From Antedon mediterranea (lineage: Eukaryota > Animalia > Echinodermata): a stretch of DNA of 64,000 bases. The notes beneath the pieces were generated by a model that searched no databases, was not told the origin of the DNA, and saw only the letters and a list, made by a program, of their open reading frames with translations. Of this stretch, positions 37,394 to 48,485 are shown in pieces. The position numbers and the translations under genes were made by a program. Positions within the stretch are counted from its first letter, which is position 1; each line of letters begins with the position of its first letter. The stretch covers positions 2,175,788-2,239,787 of the forward strand of contig NC_092676.1 in the NCBI RefSeq assembly GCF_964355755.1. The letters run 5' to 3'.

Positions 37394-40300
37394 ATGGCTA
37401 CGTCAGGTACAGTAGAACATTTTAAATACAATTTTACAAACTCTGTATTTAAATAACTATTCCCATTATTATGAATGACAATCAAGAAAAAACATTGTGT
37501 AATTTTGTAGTAATTTTAAGTAGTAATATTTGAATCTGGATTTTACAAATGTTAAACTTTAAATGGAAGTAACCTCATTTGTGCTGAGTTTTAGGCCCTG
37601 TTTCTGCTGCCAATCCCAAATATACCGTATAAATATACCGTATATGAAATTCGTGCACCGTTTCCGCTGCACATACTTTGTAGGTGGGCTGTAAAAAAGT
37701 TGGCTTTTATTACCCAAAATGCATTTCGTGAGACGGAAGTATGGATTGACCTAGAGTCTCGTGTAGTGAGGTTTATACCCGACAAAAACAAAACAATGAT
37801 GGTTTCTCAAAACGTCGTTGTAGCATTGCTTTCTATTTTAAATGTAGAAATGTAGAATGGACATTGACTAGATTTATGCAAAGAAGACGACGGCGTTTGC
37901 CGATGACTTTGGCTTAAGTCTACCACAAATTCTGCTTTTATTTTGTGTGAGATACTTTTGTCAATCTCGGTATCTCTTTTGTTGCCATGCAGTCTTCCCC
38001 CAACCTTCGCTTCTCCCCACAATTGAATTGTAAAAATAGTTATTTCTTCAGTCCACAGTGACATTTTGATCTGTTGCTTGCTTATACACGTGTGTGTCAA
38101 TGCAGCAGAAAAACCAAACAAACAAGTCACGCTCTGTTATTTTTGACCTCGGGTCACATATACGGTATATTTTGAGTGCATCAGAAACGGGGTACGAAAT
38201 ATACGGTATATTTTGGAATATACCGTATAATATCCACAAACGATAGGGATATTTATGCGGTATATATACCGCATATATATACGGTATATTTTTTATGAGA
38301 CCCGTTTCTGCTGCCAAAAAATATACCGTATATAAAATATACCGTATATAAAATATACCGTATATATACGATTACGGTATATTTAGATTACTAAATTAGA
38401 AGGAATTAATTTGTTTAAATATTTACTTAATAAAGCAATAATTAATTATTCAAGAGAAGTTTAAACGTTAATAAATTTAATAACTCTACAGTATGTGTTG
38501 TAAGTCCTGTTCATGCATCCCACTCCTGCCTCAAGAATGGGATGGAAAAATTATATTTTACATTTTTTTCTTCTGTTTTCTTAGAAACATTAAATAAATC
38601 ATTTAAACTGACTTTAGACAGTTTTTCAACTTGGTACGATAAACGAAACCTTATCAAGAAACTGAAAGTTTTGTATCAAGGTTACATTGCAGAAGCCGAC
38701 TTACATAATATCTCTAAAACAATGGACTTGCTGAATCAATTAACGGATTCTGGAGATCTGAGTTTAACAGATCACACCATTCTCTATGATACAATCAAGG
38801 CCACCAAACAGTTTGGTCTTGTAGGCCAGCTTAAAAAGCACATTCCATCTTTTCCTGATGTTAGAAAAAGAGTTATTACAAAATTCAGCCATCATCAACA
38901 AAAGATTTTGAATTTAGGCGATGTACTGAGACAGGAGGATGTGAACAAAATTGATCGCATGTACAATGATCCACCAAACAATTATCAAGATAGGTGGAGT
39001 CTTCTTCTGGATCTACAACACAAACTAATCATTTGTGAAGATAACAAAATGGATGAATTTATTGAGACCTTAAAGGGTCTTGGACTACATAGAGCTGTAA
39101 AAACTCTAACTAAAGGTAATTCATGAAACCTTCTTACATTATAAAAAAATTCAATTCCATTCTCATGCTAGATAGTTGATCTAAAATCCTATAGTACTCC
39201 AATTTTAAATGTTATCAATATAATTTAAAACAAAAATTTGCTGTTAACAAAGAAGATGAAATTTATAGAACTGGCTTAATAAGTTTTCTTAAACTGCATG
39301 AATGATGATGCGCAGGCCCGTAGCCAGGGGGGGTTTTTATGGTTCGGGCGAACCCCCCCTTTACAGCGAACCCCCCTTAACCAACTGCGAACCCCCATCC
39401 CCGACATGCTCAATACCTCACCCTCATCTCCAAAAATCCTCCAAATACGTGCCCCACATTACAAAAAGTTGTTTGTAAATTGAAAAATTCGTAAACTTGT
39501 TTGTGAACCTTCTTCTCTGTATGAGCGTCAACTAGTGATACGTGTCTGTAAATTTCTAAAAGCTGCAAATGAATGAATGAATGAAACGAGCTGGCCCACG
39601 AACGATTCGTACAAAGGACACCGCCAGACAACTGCGTACCTATAATTGTTTAGATCACTGGCAATCAGGCAGCATGCATAAAGTATATAGCCTTCCGACG
39701 TACATCAGTATTTATGTGTGACTATGAAGTATAATGTATCATAGAGGATTATAGTGAATATTAATATTTTACACTATAATATCTATGGTATCAAGTACTG
39801 TAGTTCACATTATGGCATCCGATTATTTTTTTCTAGACCACCAGCCGATACGTACTAAAATGTATCAATATCACCTATTTACATATTTATATTCCTCAAC
39901 AAATTACTGTAAATAAATATTATAGATAGAGCTAGCAAATAGCATTTGCCTTCACCCAGTGTGCTTTTTTCGGGGCTGCTCCTAGATATACGTTCGCATT
40001 GAACTTGAACGCAAAACAAAATACGGAGTAAATGATCAAACAATCGGCGGTTCCGCACAGAGCACGCGCATCTAACATACGGCAACAAATAGTTATCGTC
40101 ATTTAAATTATCGACGTGTTTGAGGAGAAGGAAAAAAGTACGATCTTTTTGCTTATTGGTTATATAGCATGCTGCACGAGAGTGTCTTTTCCGGCCATCT
40201 AGGGGTGTCATTTAACAAAATTCGCTTCGCATCAGGCCCCACCCCCAAATATTTAGTGTCCGAACCCCCCTTGACAGATCCTGGCTACGGCCCTGATGCA

Positions 40301-43300
40301 CACAGTATTAACAAAATATTGATCAAATGCTAACATGGCAAATGCAAGTAAAGTAAGATTTGTAATACACCATGCAATATTTACAAAGGTAAAGTAGGTA
40401 TTTTAATATAATAATATAATAATAAAAATGTATTTTTTATTTATTACAGATGTTCAAATACCACTTACTCTAAAACGGAAGACAGACTCTGAAGATCAAC
40501 CACCTCAAAAAAAGATCTGTGATGAAATTCCATCACAAAGTACTTCCACTGAAGATAGCCAATCTATTCAAAAAAACCTAGATGAAATATTGCAGTCATT
40601 ACAAAGAACTATTGATGAAATTATGCAATCTTTACCAACTGTCTCTGAAGTTAGGCCATCACTACTAAGAGATATTGATGAACATCTGCAATCTTTATCA
40701 CTTGGCACTCAGACTATTAGTCCATCTGTACTAACTATTGATGAAAGTCTGCAATTATTACACAGAACTATAAATCTCACTGATGACACACCTACACAAA
40801 CATCTATTGACAACAATCTCCAATCATCGCAGATTCCTCTAACTGATAGGCCATCAGAACTAAGAAGTATTGATAGCAAACTGCAATCTTTAACAAATTT
40901 TCTTAAAAACAATCAACGATTTCTGTTAATGTTTACACCAAGTGCTTGCGATGTAATTGTTCAATGTAGCAAATCTGCAAACATGAAAACAACAGATGAG
41001 CAGATATTATTTTCTACACTACGGGAACTGAATTACTTTTTCCAAAAACGTGGGCTTAATTTAACACAAGCAGAACACAGTTCTATAATTTTTAATCTGT
41101 CTGTGCTGGATCCCATTGCTTTGGTAAACCTTTGGGAAATGTACAAAAGTGGAAAGCTTCTGGTAAAATTATCAGAAATATTAGTGACAGGAGAACATCA
41201 GCAGACATTTCAAATGGAATGGATAACAGACATTGACAAAGACAAATACCAAGAAGCACTTTGTATGCTTGAAGAAGAAGGTGAGAAATAAGTTTTGATT
41301 TACGATTCATTCTATCTCAGTTCATCCCCAAAATAGGCATTTTTAAACTCGATAGTTCAATCTAAAGAAAACTAATATTTTACAAGCTGATGGGCAGCAG
41401 GCGTATTTTAAAAAAGGTTGAATTCCCGAGTAAAATCCTTGATGCTCAATAAAAACTATGAAGAGCGTCTTTAATATTTTGTTGAAGTGAAAGATTATGA
41501 ATTTAAAAATGTTGTTAAATAAGAAATTTTAAAACTTTAAGAAAAGTGGAAAATGGATTATTGCTAAATTAAACTTACTTGCTTGGAAATAAAAAAGGGG
41601 GTGTGCACTTTTTAGAGTGATTTATTTACACAAATTATCAACAAAATATAACACTTTATGGAGGCATTGGGACGGTAAATAATATCACTGAATTTAGAAT
41701 ATTTTATTGCAACTTCACTTTTTTTATTAAATATCTTTTGAATTAGATAAGTCTGTTGATTTAACCTCCAAAGAAGATTCAGATGATGAAAATGTTGATT
41801 CAAAAACAGGTGAGCTATTAATTAAAGTTATCTTAAGAGCAAGGAAGAGTGAAATTACACTCACTATTCCCTGATTAAAAGATCACTCTATATGTTTGAA
41901 GTCATAAAAAATGTATATTTTGTTGGAATGTTCACTCCGTTTTGAAAGCTTTATTTAATCTTTACCTTAATTTTAGCACCTCATTGACAATGGTTAACAA
42001 ACACACCAATTCAATACTATTTTAAATCAACTTTACTGCAATGCCTAATATTTTAACAGCAGTGTTCAGATTTGAGTGGTTACATCAATGCATTTTTTGA
42101 TAATCAATTTATCCACATCATTTTACATTTTACAAGAAATTGTTGATTTTATTTATCCTATAAGATACATTTGGCCATTATATTATAAATTCAATTTGAA
42201 TTGAAAAAAATATAATCTTCTCATCTGTATTCTTTATAAGAAGCAATTAATGAACAAACGGTTAGTCAGTCACAGGTTGTCATACATGGTTGATTTTATT
42301 CAGTTAAAAAATTCAAGTTTGATTTTAGTAATTTTTCAGTGAAATTAATCTGATGTTTATTTATGTTAAAACAATTTATAATAGTTATTCTTTCCTTAAT
42401 AAAACAATTACACATCTTATTGACGACCATTTAAATTTAAAAATATGCATTGCTTATAAAGTACTTATAATTGTTTACAGGTGATTCCAGGATGGCTGCC
42501 AGTAAGCCAAATAAGTTTTTAGAAGACATCAATAAGCATCTTGAGTGTAGCATATGCACTGATCAACTAAAGGATCCAAGAACTTTAAGCTGTCTACACA
42601 CCTTCTGTTTGACATGTCTAGAAAAATGGGTGACAACTAAAGGGACACTAACTTGCCCCACATGCTGCAAAACATATCCAATTCCAGAGGGCGGTCTTCA
42701 CAAGCTTGTACCGAATACATTTATAAAAAACATTTTAGAAACTGGAGAACTTTTGGAGAAAGATGCTAAAAATTGTGTTTGTGGGATGGGTGAAAAAGTA
42801 GAGAGTTACTGTCAGGATTGTAAGGAGTACATATGTTCCATTTGTTGCACCAGTCATAGAGGAATTCCTGCCTTGAGAAGTCACAACTTATATTCCATGA
42901 ATGAGATGAAAGAAATTAGCCAAATGCAGATTGCATTATTAAATTCTTCCCAGTGTCTGCTTCACAATGAACATTTAGAACATTATTGCATAAATTGTGA
43001 AAACCCAATCTGTGAGAGTTGTACAATCTTGGGCCACAGAGATTGTGAAGGAAGACAAAAGCCAATTGCAATTTCAGAAGCTAATAAAATACTTACGAAA
43101 ACTTCAACAGAATTAGAAAACAGCTTAAAGGAGGTTCGTGAGATTGATACAGAACTGGATAAAAATAAATCAAATTCTTTAAAAGATATTGAAGATTATG
43201 TAAAAGAATCCGTGAAGAATGGAGAGGCAATGGAGAAGCAAGTAAAAAAAATATATGAAAAGAAAAAGACAGAGATTGATGAACAAATGGATCAATTAAA

Positions 43301-44573
43301 AAAAACAACTTCTGATGTGAACACAAAACTGAATTTACTCCATCAATTATTGAAAAGCAATGAAGTATCACCAATAAAATTAGGTAAAACGGAAGTTTCA
43401 GGACTGAAAGATAGAATTATTGATTTACCAAAAACACACCCAATTGATGATGGAAAAATTCACTTTGCCCAAATCAAACAGCAATTCATTCAACTAAAAC
43501 AGTTAGACACTGAAAATGCAAAACCTGTGACAACAGCTGACTATCTAACATTACAAGCAAAGAAATCTGTGATAGAAAATGAAACCATCGTAGTAAAAAT
43601 AAGAAAACAAAGTAAATGCAAAATAGATGCAAGTCAACTGAATGCGATATGGACAAAATATGAACACAATGAAGTAAAGTTTGAAGAAGAAAATGGAGAA
43701 TTTGTTTTGACAAGAGAATGTACAAGCCCAGGAGCTTGTAGATTAAAAGTAAAAGTTGATGGCAAACACATCATAAATTCACCAATGACAATCACAGTAG
43801 TAAAAGAATTAATAAATTCTATCGACCTAGGCTTGGTTGGTGAAGATGTACTTAAGTATGAAGATGATTGCTTGCTGGTTTCACATTATACAAATAAAAT
43901 ACTTAAGTATAAAACATCAGGAGAACACATTGGTAAAATTAAACTACCAAAAGGTACGCAAGTTTACAGAATGTTCAAAATGAAGAATGGTAACATAGCA
44001 TTCAGTGACAATGTTGGGAAGTGCATTACAATATGCACAATGGAGGGAGAGGTGGTTAGAACATTTGGTCAAGGAAAATTGAAAAATCCAAAAGGTATCC
44101 ACGTCGATGATGAATCAAATGTTGTCTACGTTGCTGATTATAATAATGGTACAGTGGCATTGGACATTGATAGTGGACAGGTCATTAATAGATGGTCACA
44201 GCTTAACATGCGTGTAATGGATCTTACTTTTACAAACCAAAAGCAAATTCTCATATTAACAGATAATCATGGATTACAACTATATCATACTGATGGAGTT
44301 CTAATAACAATTCTTGATGATCGTGATGATGATGATTTTTTTTTTATGCAAAGGCAAAGACTGACAAAGCCAAGAGCAGTAGTAGTTGATAAATTTGATA
44401 ACATTATTGTATCAAATTCTCAAAATGTACAACTCTTTGATAAAGATGGTAAATTCATCAAAGAGATTGGTAAAAGAATACAGGCAGAAGGATTATGCAT
44501 CATTTCACATGAGCCACGGAAAATTGCTGTAATACACAAGCCTACAAAATCATTACAAATACTTAATTACTAA
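37394..44573 (+). CDS. Unit C: DED-DED / TRADD-N-like / RING / 2 B-box / coiled coil / filamin / NHL fusion; join(37394..37406,38585..39115,40450..41280,41747..41809,42481..44573), 3531 nt, 1176 aa
   Basis: Four GT-AG phase-1 introns, no stop or frameshift in the joined frame, exon structure paralogous to units A and B. Confidence 0.75.
37592..38385. mobile_element. Foldback-like repeat element with ATATACCGTAT arrays in both orientations
   Basis: GTTTCTGCTGCCAA followed by ATATACCGTAT repeats at ~37600 and ~38304; inverted TACGGTATAT copies at 38160-38292. Confidence 0.5.
38585..39115 (+). CDS. Tandem DED exon, unit C
   Basis: Paralog of 10093-10626; 531 nt, phase 1-1. Confidence 0.78.
39313..40295. 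mobile_element. Non-autonomous TIR element, ~1 kb, in a unit C intron
   Basis: TIRs CAGGCCCGTAGCCAGG / CCTGGCTACGGCCCTG; subterminal CGAACCCCC repeats; no clear target-site duplication. Confidence 0.7.
40450..41280 (+). CDS. Unit C linker / TRADD-N-like exon
   Basis: SSIIFNLSVLDPIALVNLWEMYKSGKLLVKLSEILV; 831 nt, phase 1-1. Confidence 0.75.
42481..44573 (+). CDS. TRIM-NHL terminal exon of unit C (retains its own ATG at 42492)
   Basis: Intact RING-to-NHL ORF; short deletions in the coiled coil relative to paralogs. Confidence 0.88.
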
Positions 44574-44620
44574 AAGTATGTAAAAAGCTATCACCAAACT
44601 GCATTCTACTACTTGTTTTT

Positions 44621-45325
44621 AGTCGCGTGGAAGCGACTCTATAGTTCACTATGTCGGTCGGTCGGTCGGTCGGTCTGTCGGTCCGGTATCACTATGCGTT
44701 TTTTCGCTTTCTGACCTTATCTTGATATCAGTTTAATCTAGCTAGGTCAATTTTTCACAGTATATTCCTTATGGCCCAGGATTCGATGTGGTTATGTTTT
44801 CACGATGCGCAATAAAAAATTACGCGGTCTACGCACGATTTAATGAAATCACGTTTGTAATCATATCTTCACAACCATGAATCACAATTAAATAAAATTT
44901 GCTACTCATAAATTTCAGGGCATAAATGGCAATACAATTACGTGCGTAGCGCATGTAACGCATGCGTACGCGCGCTTAAAATTTTCAAAATTTATTTTCG
45001 ATGAAATAAGAGTACGTTTCAGGCAATTTTAAGCGTTTACAAAATTGCCATGAGTGCGCAGATTTTTGCATGCGCACTGCGCGTTACATGTTTGCGCACT
45101 CTTTTTGCCCGATTTCTGTTTTCTTGACTTACTTTTCAACTCGAAATTACGTTATACGAGCACGTCAAAAGTGACAGGCTACCCACGTGTAAATTAAAAA
45201 AATATAACTGTTTTTAAACATTTCAAAATTTTTAAACATGTTCAGTAATTTCGGTCAGTTGGTAGGTTGGTCGGTCGGTCGGTAAACACTAAGCACGCGG
45301 CTGCAGCCATCTATATGGCCTTGTT
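44621..45325 (+). mobile_element. Helentron-associated (HINE/DINE-1-like) element
   Basis: T-run insertion site, subterminal AGTCGCGTG with degenerate inverted partner, (GTCG)n microsatellite, 3' GCCAT...ATGGC hairpin then TTGTT. Confidence 0.65.
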
Positions 45326-45681
45326 CTCTAAAATTTAACTTTGCTTCTTTTTTTACTGTAGAGAATACTGGCATCATTTATTTTTTAATTTAAACTAAGA
45401 ACTATGGAATTGGTAACCAGCACTTAAATATAACTCCACTTTTTATGAGTCACAAATCTTTGTATTAACTAAAAACAGTTTTTATTTTGAACAAATTGAT
45501 AAATCTTTCTGTAAATTTTGTAAGAAAATGTCATACCATATACTGTAAATTATAACACATTTGCTTTCCAAAGCCTGGACAAAATTATATGTTATTTTGG
45601 ATTAATATGTACAATTAGTAATCTGTGTTCACAATACAAATAAATTAAAAGTTTTATTTCTAAAAAATACTGTGTTTTTTC

Positions 45682-45770
45682 ACCTGTTCAGGAAGTATTT
45701 GAAACTCGAGGTCATAGGTCAACTTTGTTACCTTCCGCTTGTGAGAGGTACAATACAGTAGCTGCACATT
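45682..45770 (-). pseudogene. Decayed duplicate of CDK5RAP1 exon 5
   Basis: ACCTGTTCAG...TCGAGGTCATAGGTC...CTTGTGA...ATACAGTAGCTGCACAT aligns to 54660-54757. Confidence 0.8.
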
Positions 45771-45859
45771 ATAATCTTTCATCTAAAATAAAATTGAACA
45801 ATAGCATACAATAAATTATCAAAAACATGATTGTTATAATTTTCATTCTATGGGCTTAT

Positions 45860-46580
45860 TTTTAGTTCACTATGTCTGTCTGTCTGTCTGTCGGTCCGGT
45901 ATCACTATGCGTTTTATCGCTTTTCTGTACTTTTTGAACTGTTTTGATGTCAACATGTGGGCATTTACGTGAAATTGTGCACCTCCTGTTGTGAATGAGT
46001 TGCGCAACGTGATTTACGCGCGATTTAACGATTTTCTCGTATTTAAACATAGGTCAAAAACCAAATAACATGTTAAATTGAAACTTTGCAAAAGTTTAAT
46101 TTATATTAGGGGCTAACTTTCTGTTGAAAAAAAAATGTGTGTTTTAAACAAAGTTACACGCGCACGCGCATTTAAAATTTTAAAATGCGCAAAATTAATT
46201 TTTAATCAACTTTCTAGGCGTTTCTTGTCATTTTGAGCATGTCAAAATTCCCATACGCGCACAAATTTTTACGCACGCGGTGCGCACGTAGCGTTAAATA
46301 CATACATGATTTCGCGTGATTTATGTTTTTGCAGCCTTTTCTAATAACTTTACCAACTTTTAAACAATTTCGACTTAAAATTACGTCAAACGAGCACGTC
46401 GAATTGGATAATTTGCGCACGTTTTTTATGAAAAAGTTCAAAAATCCGTCAAAATTATGCATTTTTAGTCGCGTGGACACGACTCTATAGTTCACTATGT
46501 CAGTCGGTCTGTCTGTCGGTGTGTCTGTCGGTCCGGTATCACTATGTGTAGCACGCGACTTAATGGCTGTTGGCCTTGTT
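45860..46580 (+). mobile_element. Two more HINE-family copies (truncated 45860-46460; compact 46467-46580)
   Basis: Shared TAGTTCACTATGTC...(GTCT)n...GGTCCGGTATCACTATG; the compact copy has AGTCGCGTG/CACGCGACT and a 3' hairpin. Confidence 0.65.
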
Positions 46581-46894
46581 AAGTAGAGGTGCAATGTAAG
46601 CATAAGGTATTAATATAGTGTTATATTCACAATACATACCAAAAGTTTTGTATTAATTTACCTCTTTACCAGAAAGTACTTGAACCTCTTATGTCTATGA
46701 TTTTATTCTGCAAGCTTTCTAAATACAGCAGAACTAAAATTAAGAATAACAACAACAATATATAAATGATAGTTGTTATTACTAGGTAGTGATTACTAAA
46801 GTTTAAATATTAAATTGAAGAATAAATTGTGAAATAGTTTGCATTACAAAGACTATTTTAGAATTTATATACAAAATATATTTTAAAAATTTAA

Positions 46895-47520
46895 AGACCC
46901 CTTCCCTGCAATTTTGGACGTTTTTTGGAAAATAATACATATATATCACTTTAAAAACATTAAACCATGTCATTTCTTGTCTTAAATGTACGTTTTATGG
47001 TAAATTATGATAAAAAGTGAGAAACAATGCACTACCTAAGTAGCTCGCGGCGATCGACCTCTCGTGGACGGTCTTAGGCCTAGCCTAGCTAGGCTTAGTT
47101 TTGTAGGCCTAGCTGGTAAACATCGGTAACGTACGAACATCGTACGCGAGCTATATACCTAGCCGGACGTTGTATAGTTGCTACATTAATTGTCTTTCTA
47201 TTTTTGCCAGACTCCGTTGATACAAATTGGGGAAAACCCGGTATTTTCGCTGAAAAGTTAGGAGTCTTCCATTTGTTTTGGCCTCACGATCGATCGAAAA
47301 GTGGGCGAATTACAGGTGAAAAACAAAAATATCAATCCGCGCGCAATGCATTTTGGGATTTATAGCGGGCCGCTATAATTATTAGAATCGGCTTATTTTT
47401 CACATTTTTAACCGTTTAAAGACGAAAAAAGTTATCGCAATAGGACCATATAGTATTATTTTTACATTAAATATAGTTTGTGATCTTAAATTAGATCTAA
47501 AAAACGTAGGGAATGGGGCT
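46895..47520. mobile_element. TTAA-flanked non-autonomous DNA transposon (Kolobok-like), 626 bp
   Basis: TTAA|AGACCCCTTCCCT ... AGGGAATGGGGCT|TTAA. Confidence 0.7.
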
Positions 47521-48485
47521 TTAAGTATTAAATTTGAGATGTTTTGTTATAGGAATGTAATGGATGGGTGCTTATTTATATTTGATTTGTAAATATGTAA
47601 ATGTAATTCACTCACCTTGTAACTTTATAGCAAATGAAAAAGGTAAATTGTATATTACAAAAATTAATTGACATCAATAAAACAAACTTTAGCAATTTAT
47701 GGGAATGAAGGTTTATTTTTCAATCTACCTTACAACAGTCAATCTTTCAATGAATGAAATATTATTTCTATTCCTACTGTGAATTATTTCAACCACATAC
47801 AGTAAGCATAGTCACTAGGCCTAGACTTTTTGTGTAGAAGGCATATTAGCAATATAAAACATCACAAGAAAAAGAAAAAACTGAAACTGGTACCATCAGT
47901 CTTCAAAATGTATTTAGTTCTGATTCATCGAGTAAACACAACAAATCCTTGAGTTGCCATTTTGAAGAAAAAAAACGGTGCCATATCGTTTTGGTCGCAG
48001 AGACGAGGAGCAATTATTACAACCGCATGTTTATTTATCACCAGCTTCTATCGCATGCAAGAAAATTGTCAACATTTTTTTACAGAAAGCTGAACATTCA
48101 TTAGTACCATTCATTATCATCATTAGATATCAATTTTCCATTCATTAGAACAAATAGTGAATGGCATGTGATACATCAATTGTCAAGGATACACTCAGGT
48201 GTGTTATAATCATTATATTGCCTAGCTAGGCTATACGGCAAAATAATGCACTCATCACACCTCCTCTTGATACATCAGTTTTTTTTAAACCACCTGTTTG
48301 TTGTTAAAGTATTTAATATATCTGAAAGAACAATACAAACAATAAAAACATTTAATTGACAATAAAAATATATTTGAATGATATTTAAAATAGTGTTACA
48401 AAATGGATGCTTGTGAACGACAGAAGACATTATCAAAATCAATGGTCTGTTGAATTAAATTACATTTGTAATAAAATAAAACCTA

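Noticed and set aside
37591-40211. Short ORFs in unit C introns as transposases
   Set aside because: No recognisable catalytic motifs; they lie within non-autonomous repeats.
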